Source: Ignavibacteriota bacterium
GTDB lineage: Bacteria; Bacteroidota; Ignavibacteria; UBA10030; UBA6906
Direction of reading: 5' to 3'
DNA: 64,000 bases
Assembly: GCA_963752915.1 (NCBI GenBank)
Contig: CAVVZZ010000002.1
Coordinates: forward strand, 129,092-193,091
Part shown: positions 20,486 to 29,756 of the stretch, piece by piece
Layout of the letters: each line of letters begins with the position of its first letter
How positions within the stretch are numbered: position 1 is the stretch's first letter
Program-made: the position numbers and the translations under genes
The notes under the pieces: model-generated
Database searches by the model: none
Seen by the model: only the letters and a program-made list of their open reading frames with translations
Told to the model about the DNA's origin: nothing

Positions 20486-20612
20486 TGCCATTCCAACTAA
20501 TTTTACCGAATCCCGCAAGGCGGGATGAAGGTAAAATTACTGTTGGAATGAGCCTGCCCGCCGTCGAACGCCGTATGAGGCAGGCGGGCATCCCGACACG
20601 TTTCTTGTGTCG
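20486..20612 (+). promoter_or_regulatory. cluster of three stable stem-loops immediately after murI (candidate terminator array or structured RNA leader)
   Basis: Hairpin 1: CATTCCAAC/GTTGGAATG plus TAATTTTACC/GGTAAAATTA plus ATCCCGC-AAG-GCGGGAT (26 bp nested). Hairpin 2: GCCCGCC...GGCGGGC. Hairpin 3: ATCCCGACAC-GTTTCTT-GTGTCGGGAT. Confidence 0.4.
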
Positions 20613-20776
20613 GGATCCAGCAAATGATACTTGGATAGGCACGAGTCGCCCTGACTGTCCCCCCCCGTGGAAATTGCATCACCCCTCGGAAAAGAGCCTT
20701 CCCCGGAGTATTACTTATAGACGCCCTCCCGGCCAAGGTTCACCGCCATTCCTTTCCCACTTCCGGACGAGGAGCC

Positions 20777-21676
20777 ATGAGCATGGTTATCGATGCAACG
20801 GGCGTAGGCAAGACCTACTCCATCGGCCTGTTCCAACGGTCGTCGGTCGTCGCTCTGAGCAATGTTTCCTTTTCTTTACACCCGGGCGAGATCCTGGCTG
20901 TCGTGGGTCCCTCAGGGGCAGGGAAAACGACGCTGTTGAGAACGATCATGAATGATGTCCCGCCGTCGAGGGGCCTGATCCTTCGCTTTGGCAATGTGCT
21001 CGTCCCTCCAAACTGGGAATGCGTGACGGGATACTCGCCCGAAGCGATGACCGTCGGTGGCAGGATCACCGGACGCCACTTCTTGACATCTGCAGCCCGC
21101 GCGCATGGGAGGACTGAACGGTTGGTTGACAACGATGTCTTCACGGTCCTCGACGCCTTCGGTCTCGCCTCGGTGGCTGACACGCCGTGCTGGGCGTATT
21201 CCCAGGGGATCCGGGCACGTCTCTCTCTTGCACAAGCATTCGTTCATCGTCCTCGCCTCATTGCTCTGGATAATCCCACCCGGGGGCTGGATCTCTTTGG
21301 ACGGTGCAGGTTGAAACATATCCTGGAGGGCAGACGCGACGAAGGGTGTGCGATCCTCCTCACGTCGTGCGAATTCACGGATGTCGAATCCGTCGCCGAC
21401 AGGATCCTGGTTCTCCAGCACGGAATTGTCACGGCACAGGGAAAACCGCGAGACCTCTTCCCGGCGGACACAGCATTCACGGTTCAGGTGAATTGTGATC
21501 CTCTGCTCTCACCGGGATGGAAGTTCATGCGGAATGGTGAAGGGTGGTATTCCATGGTCGCCGGGAGACCGCAGCTTGAGTTGCTGCTTCGGGCGCTTAC
21601 GTGCCGGGGGATCACGTCCGCCGCTGTCGCGCCGGTACAGTGCGCAGCCCAAAGTCTGTTTTCCAATCATTCATAG
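20777..21676 (+). CDS. stand-alone ABC-type ATPase domain protein with degenerate catalytic motifs plus an about 80-aa C-terminal extension
   Basis: Walker A GPSGAGKTT is intact. Signature is YSQGI instead of LSGGQ. Walker B LIALDNP has the catalytic Glu replaced by Asn. H-loop is TSCE (His replaced by Cys). GGAG RBS 5 nt upstream. No permease gene adjacent. Confidence 0.7.
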   Translation: MSMVIDATGVGKTYSIGLFQRSSVVALSNVSFSLHPGEILAVVGPSGAGKTTLLRTIMNDVPPSRGLILRFGNVLVPPNWECVTGYSPEAMTVGGRITGRHFLTSAARAHGRTERLVDNDVFTVLDAFGLASVADTPCWAYSQGIRARLSLAQAFVHRPRLIALDNPTRGLDLFGRCRLKHILEGRRDEGCAILLTSCEFTDVESVADRILVLQHGIVTAQGKPRDLFPADTAFTVQVNCDPLLSPGWKFMRNGEGWYSMVAGRPQLELLLRALTCRGITSAAVAPVQCAAQSLFSNHS

Positions 21677-23389
21677 TTTCAGTGCGAGCACCACCACGCA
21701 CCTCGTTTCATACAAACTTCCGCCGTCCCCCTGCACCGCCCGGAACACGACGACATACATTCCGACAGGTGCACGGACACCGTCGTCTCTCCTCCCATCC
21801 CATATGAGCACCCCTTGCGAACTTCCTGGATCGTGGTCTGCCAGCCGACGGATGCGCCTTCCCCGGACATCATAGACGAACGCCGAGATTGCGGCAACAG
21901 GCAACGGAATCGTGTAACGAATGACCGCCACGTCGTCGACGCCGTCGTTGTCCGGAGAAAATGGGTTCGGGACACACTGCAGTCCCTGCCTCCTATTGGC
22001 TGACGCCGCAAATACGCTGTTTTGCCTTCCCGGAGTGCCGCCCTGCAGCGATGTGCTTGACGTCCAACTCCGGGGGTCCGTTGATGGCAAGAAAGGACCA
22101 ATCCGCTCGAGTGAACGGCCCGTAGTGCTGACAAGCGCGGGATTATGCCAGGCCGCGCGGTACGCAACACTATCGATCGTTGCTCCCGTGTGATCCGAAA
22201 TCACAATCATATCCTCATCGTTATTCAGCGACGGAAAGCCCGGGATTTGAACGACGGGACAACCAATCTGTCCGAATGCGGTGCGCATCCCGGAGGAATC
22301 GTCCGTGAGGATGCCGAGCCCTGACGGCGGTACGATGAGGGGAGTCTTTGAAACGAGATGTTTCGTTTCCCGGTCCGAGTCCGTGATCCTCCATTGGCCC
22401 AACGAGAGCGTATCGCCGCTCATGTTCTGGATCTCCACCCATTCCGGTTCGTGAGATTCAGGCGCGAACATGATCTCGTTGACAATCAGAGTGCCGGGAA
22501 GATACGAAATCTCCAGAGACAGAGTCGCCGAATCATTGGCCGCATTCTGGTCGCCAGGGCATGACGTTACGGCGATGAGTGTCCCACCAGGGGGACCGAA
22601 TGAAAGTGAGAATTCCACCCACAAGGAGTCAGAAGGAAGGAGCGGACCGGGAACAGTCATGGAATATATCTCTCGTGCTGGTCGGAGGATTGAATCAGCC
22701 TCCGTTCGCATGAGAATCGCGAGATTGATCCCGCTGACGTTGTCGAGACCGCTGTTCCGGATACGTGTCCTGACACGACGCAAGGACGGACCGGAGGACA
22801 ACCCCGGCTCGACGAAAACCGGGCCGCACGCAATGTCCAGTGCACATTCCCCGTTCACTTCGATGTCATCGATGCGGAATGTCCCGGTGGCCCCGCTGGT
22901 GGAAGGGATGATGCGCCATCGGAATCGGATCGGAGACTGCATTCGTACGGAGGCGGGAAGTGAAACGTCGTAGAATTCGTAGAGCGTGCTTCCGGAGAAT
23001 CGTATGGTGTCCCCCAGGACGGCAAACGTCGGATTGACATCGTCCGGCGCATACTCGAGAACCAGCGACGCGCCGAACGTGCTTGACCTTCGTGTCCAGA
23101 AGGAAATCGATGCCACAGCCTGGTGACTCCCGCCGATCGGGGGTGACAGAATCCATTGAGCGACTGTTGCATTCGTGCATTGGATCGCATTGGGCGCTGA
23201 ACGTGAGGAGGAACCTGTCGTAAAGAAATCCGTCTGTCCGCCGGTCCGGAACTGGGACGAGATCCATCCCGGCGGAAGCAAGGGCGGCGAAGAGCTATCG
23301 AACGATTCTCGGTAGATCCGCACATCACACTTTGTGCATGTGCTCTGGGCAATCAACCCGGCAACGATGAATGGAAGGATTCTCCCCAT
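21671..23389 (-). CDS. secreted lamin-tail-domain (LTD) protein with Por-secretion (T9SS) C-terminal sorting domain
   Basis: LTD-like segment NEIMFAPESHEPEWVEIQN. C-terminal NPFSPDNDGVDD...VYDVRGRRIRRL...WDGRRDDG...GMYVV matches the Por_Secre_tail/FlgD-Ig-like pattern. Signal peptide at the N-terminus. Confidence 0.7.
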   Translation of the reverse strand: MGRILPFIVAGLIAQSTCTKCDVRIYRESFDSSSPPLLPPGWISSQFRTGGQTDFFTTGSSSRSAPNAIQCTNATVAQWILSPPIGGSHQAVASISFWTRRSSTFGASLVLEYAPDDVNPTFAVLGDTIRFSGSTLYEFYDVSLPASVRMQSPIRFRWRIIPSTSGATGTFRIDDIEVNGECALDIACGPVFVEPGLSSGPSLRRVRTRIRNSGLDNVSGINLAILMRTEADSILRPAREIYSMTVPGPLLPSDSLWVEFSLSFGPPGGTLIAVTSCPGDQNAANDSATLSLEISYLPGTLIVNEIMFAPESHEPEWVEIQNMSGDTLSLGQWRITDSDRETKHLVSKTPLIVPPSGLGILTDDSSGMRTAFGQIGCPVVQIPGFPSLNNDEDMIVISDHTGATIDSVAYRAAWHNPALVSTTGRSLERIGPFLPSTDPRSWTSSTSLQGGTPGRQNSVFAASANRRQGLQCVPNPFSPDNDGVDDVAVIRYTIPLPVAAISAFVYDVRGRRIRRLADHDPGSSQGVLIWDGRRDDGVRAPVGMYVVVFRAVQGDGGSLYETRCVVVLALKL

Positions 23390-23463
23390 ATGGCCTCTTG
23401 GTATTTGAAGTTGTCTAGCTCCTATTAGTAATACTGTGGCGACACCTTTTTTCCGAAAGATCG

Positions 23464-23492
23464 TTGATTTTCTCGAAATGAATTCCTAAAAT
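23464..23492 (+). promoter_or_regulatory. sigma70-type promoter TTGATT-N17-TAAAAT upstream of the receiver-domain gene
   Basis: Exact 17-nt spacer. GGAGG RBS follows before ATG 23513. Confidence 0.45.
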
Positions 23493-23512
23493 CGTCATGG
23501 AGGCTTTGAATT

Positions 23513-23875
23513 ATGATGAAAAAGCGGATTCTCTGCGTCGATGACGATGCAGACCTAAGGCATATCGTTCGGCTTGCACTACAGCAGGAGGGATACGACG
23601 TCGCGGAGGCACAAAACGGGGAAGAGGCGATTCGTCAGCTCGGCGGCACCAAGTATGATCTCATCCTTCTTGACGTCGTCATGCCCGGCCCCTCAGGGAT
23701 GGATGTGCTCCGCTTTCTCAGCTCCAAAGGGAATCAGACTCCGATTGCGATGATCACGGGAAAGGCGGGCTTTACACTGGCAACGGAAAGCTATATGCTC
23801 GGGGCGGTCGAATACATCACAAAGCCGTTTACGACCGACTACCTTGTTGACACGGTTGCACGACTGGTCAGGTAA
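23513..23875 (+). CDS. single-domain response regulator (CheY-like receiver only)
   Basis: DDD acidic pocket, phospho-acceptor Asp in LILLDVVMP, conserved T and K (ITKPF). 120 aa, no output domain. Confidence 0.8.
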   Translation: MMKKRILCVDDDADLRHIVRLALQQEGYDVAEAQNGEEAIRQLGGTKYDLILLDVVMPGPSGMDVLRFLSSKGNQTPIAMITGKAGFTLATESYMLGAVEYITKPFTTDYLVDTVARLVR

Positions 23876-23889
23876 GCGCGGGGGAAGGA

Positions 23890-23917
23890 TTCAGGTCTCA
23901 GGCTTCAGGTGTCAGGA
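23890..23917 (+). repeat. 4 x 7-bp tandem repeat TCAGGNN just after the receiver gene stop
   Basis: TCAGGTC TCAGGCT TCAGGTG TCAGGAA at exact 7-bp period. Confidence 0.4.
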
Positions 23918-24015
23918 ATTGCCAAAGTCGAGTTCTCGCATCGTTCTCCGGTTCTAGAGTCCCTTCTTCTTCTTCATCTGAACAGACTATCTCTCCCAAT
24001 ATATCTGGAGTTCAC

Positions 24016-24930
24016 ATGCACCGCGTGATTACGATTCTTGCCGGTCTGCTTGCGATCGCTTCGTCGATTGCCTGCGCACAGAACGGCATTTCCCCGGAAC
24101 TTGATGCTGCGATACACTACGAATTCGACTACGCGGTGGTGCCGAACGTGGTCTATTCAACCGCGAGCGGCTACGAATGCAAACTCGACGCGTACATCCA
24201 TAATGGTGATGCGTCACCGGTGGCAATCGTGATTCACGGTGGCGGATGGGTCGCGGGCACGAAGGAGGATCGAACGCTTGAGTGCGTACCGTTCATGGCG
24301 ATGGGATTCTCCGTCGTCAACGTGGAATACCGCCTCGCCCGGGTCGCCTTCGCGCCCGCGGCGGTCGAAGACTGCCGCCTTGCTCTCTTGTGGGTCTTCA
24401 GAAATGCGGGGAAGTACCACTTTGACACAAGCCGAGTCGTTGTGACGGGAGGATCTGCCGGCGGACATCTTGCCCTCATGACGGGGTTACTCGAACCCGG
24501 CGACGGCTTCGACGCGTCGAAGGAATGGGAGGCGAGCATTCCCAGCGTGCATGTCGCCGCGATCATCAACTGGTTCGGCATCACGGATGTGAACGATCTC
24601 CTTGCCGGGCCAAACCGGCAGGATTACGCAGTCTCCTGGCTGGGCTCGCTTCCGGACAGGGATGGCGTTGCGAAACGGGTGTCTCCGCTCACCTACGTCA
24701 GAAGATCCTCTCCCCCGGTGTTCACGGTCCATGGCGATCGGGACCAGCTTGTCCCCTATCAGCAGGCGCTCAATTTGCAGAAGGCGCTTGATAAGGCCGG
24801 CGTGGACAACACATTGATCACCATTCCCGGCGGCCGGCACGGGGGATTCAGCGACGCCGACTACGTCCGCTGCTTCAATGCAATGGAGATTTTTCTCAGG
24901 AGGCATGGAATTCTTCCGGCAGGCAAGTAG
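24016..24930 (+). CDS. secreted alpha/beta-hydrolase (esterase/lipase, HGGG family)
   Basis: Signal peptide, oxyanion-hole HGGGW, nucleophile elbow GGSAGG, C-terminal His region. Acetyl-esterase/HSL-like fold. Confidence 0.75.
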   Translation: MHRVITILAGLLAIASSIACAQNGISPELDAAIHYEFDYAVVPNVVYSTASGYECKLDAYIHNGDASPVAIVIHGGGWVAGTKEDRTLECVPFMAMGFSVVNVEYRLARVAFAPAAVEDCRLALLWVFRNAGKYHFDTSRVVVTGGSAGGHLALMTGLLEPGDGFDASKEWEASIPSVHVAAIINWFGITDVNDLLAGPNRQDYAVSWLGSLPDRDGVAKRVSPLTYVRRSSPPVFTVHGDRDQLVPYQQALNLQKALDKAGVDNTLITIPGGRHGGFSDADYVRCFNAMEIFLRRHGILPAGK

Positions 24931-25015
24931 CCGATTTGCGACGAGATCTATCGGAGGTACGGCAGAAGGAAGTAAGAAGAACGATGGTGCTTTGGGTGAG
25001 AGGCGAAATGAAAAC

Positions 25016-25049
25016 GGCGACCGGTATTCCGGCCGCCGCTTTTGTATTC
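25016..25049. terminator. bidirectional intrinsic terminator between convergent esterase and ahcY genes
   Basis: GGCGACCGG-TATT-CCGGCCGCC hairpin followed by GCTTTTGTATT on plus. The complement gives hairpin plus GTTTTCATTT on minus. Confidence 0.55.
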
Positions 25050-25064
25050 ACGATGAGTCCCGGA

Positions 25065-26345
25065 TCAGGTACCTGCGCTATAGTCGTTCATATAGAGCTC
25101 CTGCTCTTTCGAAAGCTTGTCGATCTTGATTTCCTGCGTCGACAGCTTCACGAGAGCGATCTCCTGGTCCTGCTCCGGCGGGATGTCGTGGACCGTCTTC
25201 TCCAGCGTCTTTCCCTTTCTATGAAGCTCGACGATGCGCAATTGGGACATAAACTGGTTCGCGAACGACATATCCATCACTTCGGAGGGATGCCCTTCCG
25301 CCGCGGCGAGGTTCACCAGCCGCCCCTGGGCAAGAATGTAGATCTTCCGCCCGTCCTTCATGGTGTACTCTTCGTTGTTCGGCCGTATCTCGCGTTTGGC
25401 TTTTGTCAATCCCGCCAGGTCGACAAGATTCACTTCGCAATCGTAGTGGCCGGTATTGCACACGATCGCGCCGTTCTTCATCGACTGGAAATGCTTCTTC
25501 GTGACAATGTCCTTCACGCCGGTCGCAGTGATGAAGATATCGCCGACCTTTGCCGCTTCGTCCATTTTCATCACGCGGAAGCCTTCGAGGGTCGCCTTGA
25601 GGGCGGCGGTCGGTTTGACTTCCGTCACGATGACGTTGGCGCCAAGCCCTTTGGCGCGCATCGCAACACCCTTTCCGCAGTGGCCGAACCCTGCGACCAC
25701 GACGTTCTTGCCCGCGAACAGGACGCTCGTCGCGCGAAGAATGCCGTCGAGTGTTGACTGACCGGTGCCGTAGACATTGTCGAAATCCCACTTCGTCTCG
25801 GCGTCGTTGACCGCAATGACGGGATACTTGAGTTCCCCATCAGCCGCCATGGCGCGAAGGCGATGCACGCCCGTGGTGGTTTCTTCCGTCCCGCCGATGA
25901 CGAATTTTCTGGCGAGATCCTGGTACTTCTTGTGGATGGTGAAGATCAGATCGGCGCCGTCGTCGAGCGTGAGGTTCGGGTTGATGGCGATGGTCTGATC
26001 GATGCACCAGTAGAATTCTTCGACGCTGAGGCCATGCCAGGCGAAGATCGAGACGCCGTCCTTCGCGAGTGCCGCAGCGACAGCATCATTCGTCGACAAC
26101 GGATTGCACCCGCTCCAGCTCACCTGGGCTCCCGCGGCGACAAACGTCCGCACAAGCACGGCGGTCTCCTTCGTCACGTGCAGGCATCCCGCGATCCGGT
26201 ACCCCTTGAAGGGTTTCGTCTTTGCATACTTCTCACGCAATGCCATCAACACCGGCATCCGCGATTCCGCCCATTCAATGAGCTTCTCGCCTTCCTCTGC
26301 AAGTCCGAGGTTGGCAACCTTGTAGCTTCCGCGTTTCGAATCCAT
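25065..26345 (-). CDS. ahcY: adenosylhomocysteinase
   Basis: 426 aa, NAD-binding GxGxxG region, highly conserved SAHH motifs (CNPLSTND, HxxD). Confidence 0.95.
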   Translation of the reverse strand: MDSKRGSYKVANLGLAEEGEKLIEWAESRMPVLMALREKYAKTKPFKGYRIAGCLHVTKETAVLVRTFVAAGAQVSWSGCNPLSTNDAVAAALAKDGVSIFAWHGLSVEEFYWCIDQTIAINPNLTLDDGADLIFTIHKKYQDLARKFVIGGTEETTTGVHRLRAMAADGELKYPVIAVNDAETKWDFDNVYGTGQSTLDGILRATSVLFAGKNVVVAGFGHCGKGVAMRAKGLGANVIVTEVKPTAALKATLEGFRVMKMDEAAKVGDIFITATGVKDIVTKKHFQSMKNGAIVCNTGHYDCEVNLVDLAGLTKAKREIRPNNEEYTMKDGRKIYILAQGRLVNLAAAEGHPSEVMDMSFANQFMSQLRIVELHRKGKTLEKTVHDIPPEQDQEIALVKLSTQEIKIDKLSKEQELYMNDYSAGT

Positions 26346-26382
26346 GGGTTCCTGATAAGTGAGTTGACTTTTTCGGCAACGA

Positions 26383-27525
26383 CTACCGCACTCCGCGCAG
26401 GAGAGTGTCGACGAGGTCGAGTTTCTCCCACGTGAACTCTTTTTCCTTCCTTCCGAAGTGGCCGTAGGCGGCCGTCTTGCGGTAGATGGGACGGAGAAGA
26501 TCGAGCCGTTTGATAATCCCCCGGGGCGTCATATCGACGTCCTTCATGATGATCTTCTCGATCTCCATGTCGGGGATTCGCCCCGTGCCGAGGGTATTGA
26601 CATTGATGGAAATCGGTTCGGCGATGCCGATCGCGTAGGACACCTGGATCAGGCATTCCTCGGCAAGGCCGGCGGCAACGACATTTTTCGCCAGGTGACG
26701 CGCGGCGTAGGCAGCGCTCCGGTCCACCTTCGATGGATCCTTGCCGGAGAATGCACCGCCCCCGTGCGGCGCCCTGCCGCCGTAGGTATCGACAATGATT
26801 TTCCGCCCGGTCAGACCGGTGTCACCGTGCGGTCCCCCGATTTCAAACCTTCCGGTGGGATTGACGAAGATGATTGTCTTCTTATCAACGTATTCCTTCG
26901 GGATCGCTTCTGCTATGACGTGGCGCACAACGTCCGCGTAGATCTTTTTCTGGGAAACGTCGGAATCATGCTGGGTCGACACCACGACGGTGTGCACGCG
27001 GGTCGCGCGGCGCTGGTTGTATTCGATCGTCACCTGCGACTTCGCGTCGGGGCGGAGGTACGGCATCAGTTTCGGCTGTTTCTTCCGGATGTCCGCCAGC
27101 CGCTTCACGAGGCGGTGCGCGAACACGATCGGCATCGGCATGAACTCGGGCGTTTCGTTCGTCGCGTATCCGAACATCATCCCCTGGTCACCCGCTCCTC
27201 CCGTGTCCACCCCCATCGCGATGTCGCGCGACTGCGAATGGATGGCGGAAATGACCGAGCACGAATCCGCGTCGAACCGGTACTCGGCTTTCGTGTAGCC
27301 GATATCACGGATGACTTGACGCACGATGTCCTGGACTTCAATGTAGGCAGACGTCGTAATCTCACCGCCGACCAGGGCAAGCCCCGTGGTCACAAAGGAT
27401 TCGCACGCAACCCGACCATGTTTGTCCTTCGTGAGAATGGCATCAAGAATGGCGTCGGATATTTGATCACAGACCTTGTCGGGATGGCCTTCAGACACTG
27501 ATTCCGATGTGAAAAGATACGACAT
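26383..27525 (-). CDS. metK: S-adenosylmethionine synthetase
   Basis: [14 protein letters not shown]-terminal motif, [15 protein letters not shown]. 380 aa. Confidence 0.95.
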   Translation of the reverse strand: MSYLFTSESVSEGHPDKVCDQISDAILDAILTKDKHGRVACESFVTTGLALVGGEITTSAYIEVQDIVRQVIRDIGYTKAEYRFDADSCSVISAIHSQSRDIAMGVDTGGAGDQGMMFGYATNETPEFMPMPIVFAHRLVKRLADIRKKQPKLMPYLRPDAKSQVTIEYNQRRATRVHTVVVSTQHDSDVSQKKIYADVVRHVIAEAIPKEYVDKKTIIFVNPTGRFEIGGPHGDTGLTGRKIIVDTYGGRAPHGGGAFSGKDPSKVDRSAAYAARHLAKNVVAAGLAEECLIQVSYAIGIAEPISINVNTLGTGRIPDMEIEKIIMKDVDMTPRGIIKRLDLLRPIYRKTAAYGHFGRKEKEFTWEKLDLVDTLLRGVR

Positions 27526-27572
27526 GGGCGACCTCGCAGGAAAAAGATTCAGAGAGAATGGATTGCGGCGGA

Positions 27573-28550
27573 TCAGTCCGTCTCGATTTCGGATGACCCC
27601 CCAACATTAAGACGCTTGAAGCTGCCGGTGACGACGGAATCGTTCCCGATGATCGAGTTGTCGAGAAGAACGCGGCTGACCCGTGCGCCCTGGCTGATAA
27701 TGGAGTTCCTGACCACCGCTTCGGAAATCTCGGCGTGATCGCCGACGGAAGCAAACGGTCCGATGACACAGTTCGAGAGCACGGCGGATGGAGCAATATA
27801 CACTGGCTGATTTACGACGACGCCCGGGACGTCGGGTGTGGAGTGTGCCTGAGAGAGCAGCGCCCGATTGGTCGCCAGTAGGGTCTCGGGTTTCCCGCAG
27901 TCGTACCACCCTTCGACGGGAAACGTCTTCATCTTCTCCCCCCGGGAGATCATTAACTGCAGGGCGTCCGTAAGCTGATACTCCCCTTTCGTCCGGATGT
28001 CTTTCCCGACGATCTCTTCCAGGCATTGGGTCAGCAAGGCCGGGTGCCGGATAAAATAGAGCCCGACAACGGCAAGGCGGCTGATCGGCTGTTCGGGTTT
28101 CTCGATGAGCTGGGTGATATAGCCGTTCTCGACAACCGCCACGCCGAACCTCCGCGGATCATTCACCACTTTCACGCCGAGGGAAGACACGGGCGCGGCA
28201 AGCACTTCCGCCAGGGAGACATCGAAGATCGTGTCGCCAAGAATGATGAGGATCGGGTCGTTCGAGAATGTGTGGCGGGAGAGGTAGATCGCATGACCGA
28301 GTCCCATGCGATCTTCTTGTTCGACGAAATCAAACTGGAGTTCCGGATAGGTCCGGGTGAGGTAGTCGAAAATCTTGTCCCCCATGTGCCCAACAACCAC
28401 CGTCGCCTCGAGGATCCCTTCGGCACGTATCTTGTCGATAATGTGCCCCAGGATCGGTTTGCCAGCAACCGTGAGGAGAACCTTGGGGAGCGTAAAGGTG
28501 TGAGGACGAAGCCGCGAGCCGACGCCGGCGACCGGGATGATTGCGCGCAT
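27573..28550 (-). CDS. sugar-phosphate nucleotidyltransferase with C-terminal hexapeptide-repeat (left-handed beta-helix) domain
   Basis: N-terminal [14 protein letters not shown] (G-x-G-t-R motif of the NTP_transferase family). C-terminal [LIV]G-x4 hexapeptide repeats. Confidence 0.7.
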   Translation of the reverse strand: MRAIIPVAGVGSRLRPHTFTLPKVLLTVAGKPILGHIIDKIRAEGILEATVVVGHMGDKIFDYLTRTYPELQFDFVEQEDRMGLGHAIYLSRHTFSNDPILIILGDTIFDVSLAEVLAAPVSSLGVKVVNDPRRFGVAVVENGYITQLIEKPEQPISRLAVVGLYFIRHPALLTQCLEEIVGKDIRTKGEYQLTDALQLMISRGEKMKTFPVEGWYDCGKPETLLATNRALLSQAHSTPDVPGVVVNQPVYIAPSAVLSNCVIGPFASVGDHAEISEAVVRNSIISQGARVSRVLLDNSIIGNDSVVTGSFKRLNVGGSSEIETD

Positions 28551-28596
28551 GCACCTTACGAAGATGAGGGGAAGATATTATTCCAAAACTTTAAAA

Positions 28597-28625
28597 ATTT
28601 TACGCAAGAATTGTACCAAAAGCAA
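28597..28625 (-). promoter_or_regulatory. sigma70-type promoter TTGCTT-N17-TAAAAT for the nucleotidyltransferase-metK-ahcY unit
   Basis: Read on the minus strand. Exact 17-nt spacer, about 45 nt before the start codon at 28550. Confidence 0.45.
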
Positions 28626-28638
28626 GAAGTTTGCGATT

Positions 28639-28667
28639 TTGCATCTCGACGCCATTCTGTCTATATT
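28639..28667 (+). promoter_or_regulatory. sigma70-type promoter TTGCAT-N17-TATATT upstream of idi-2
   Basis: Exact 17-nt spacer, 30 nt before ATG 28698. Back-to-back with the minus-strand promoter. Confidence 0.5.
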
Positions 28668-28697
28668 CCTTCGTTATTGATCCAACCTAGCCACTCC

Positions 28698-29756
28698 ATG
28701 GCACCCAAGAAGCCGACCCGCAATACAACAACGACATCAAGAAAACAACAACACGTCGACCTTGTCCTTCAGAAGGATGTGCGATTCAAGTCGAAAACCA
28801 CGGGTCTAGAGAGGTTTTCGTTCATCCACAATGCACTTCCGGAGATCGCCTTCTCGGAAATCGATACCTCTGTTGAGTTTCTCGGCAAGCCCCTGCGCAT
28901 ACCGCTCATGATTTCATCGATGACCGGGGGATATAAAGGGGCGAGAGAGATCAACCGCGGTCTTGCAACCGTGTGCGCCGAGCGCGGAATGGCGATGGGC
29001 GTGGGAAGCCAGCGACAGGCACTGGAGGATCGCCGGTTTCATCCGACATTCAGCGTCGTCCGCGAGGTCTCTGACACGATCCCGATTATCGCAAACGTCG
29101 GTGCTGCTCAGGTCGGCAGGTTCAAGACGCCGGACGAGGTGCAATTGCTTCTCGATCTTGTTCGGGCAGACGCGCTTGCCGTTCATCTTAATCCTCTCCA
29201 GGAGCTTCTGCAGCCCGAGGGCGAACCGGATTTCCGTGGCGTGCTGCGAGGAATAGAAATGCTCGTGAAGTCCATCCCAGTCCCCCTGATCGTCAAAGAG
29301 ATTGGTGCCGGCATATCCCGGGACGTCGCAAAACGATTGCTGGACGTGGGCGTCCGGTACATTGATATTGCCGGTGCTGGAGGAACAAGCTGGGCAGGCG
29401 TTGAAACCCTCCGGTCGAAGGAGAAACAATTTGCAGGACGGTTCTGGGATTGGGGGATCCCGACAGCGACCGCCATTCGGCAGGTGGCCGGCTTGCGCAA
29501 CGAAGGGCTCACCTTTACGCTGATCGGCTCGGGGGGAGTAGCGTCGGGCCGATCCATCGCCGTCGCAATCGCACTCGGCGCAGACCTTGCTGCATCGGCA
29601 CGCCCGATTCTTCAAGCGCTGGTGCGCGGCGGAACAGCCGCCGCAAAGATGCTGATCGCTGATTGGGAGAAGGAGCTCCGGTCGATCATGTTCCTCACCG
29701 GCGCGGGGACGATTCGCCAGCTTCAGAGCGTCCCCCTGCAGGAATATTCTCCATGA
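28698..29756 (+). CDS. fni: isopentenyl-diphosphate delta-isomerase, type 2 (FMN-dependent)
   Basis: TIM-barrel IDI-2 motifs (MISSMTGG, GVGSQR, IDIAGAGGTSWA). Start at Met225 of the track ORF 28026..29756, whose first 224 codons have no protein-like content. Confidence 0.85.
   Translation: MAPKKPTRNTTTTSRKQQHVDLVLQKDVRFKSKTTGLERFSFIHNALPEIAFSEIDTSVEFLGKPLRIPLMISSMTGGYKGAREINRGLATVCAERGMAMGVGSQRQALEDRRFHPTFSVVREVSDTIPIIANVGAAQVGRFKTPDEVQLLLDLVRADALAVHLNPLQELLQPEGEPDFRGVLRGIEMLVKSIPVPLIVKEIGAGISRDVAKRLLDVGVRYIDIAGAGGTSWAGVETLRSKEKQFAGRFWDWGIPTATAIRQVAGLRNEGLTFTLIGSGGVASGRSIAVAIALGADLAASARPILQALVRGGTAAAKMLIADWEKELRSIMFLTGAGTIRQLQSVPLQEYSP

Noticed and set aside
20485-20955. 156-aa plus-strand ORF spanning the structured intergenic region into the ABC gene
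   Set aside because: It runs through three hairpins and a C8 run, then continues out of frame into a well-supported gene. The product is Pro/Arg-rich.
27526-28697. Looked for a SAM riboswitch upstream of metK
   Set aside because: metK is preceded by only 47 nt and is co-oriented with the nucleotidyltransferase gene. The shared 5-prime UTR is about 45 nt after the proposed -10, too short for SAM-I and lacking SAM-II motifs.
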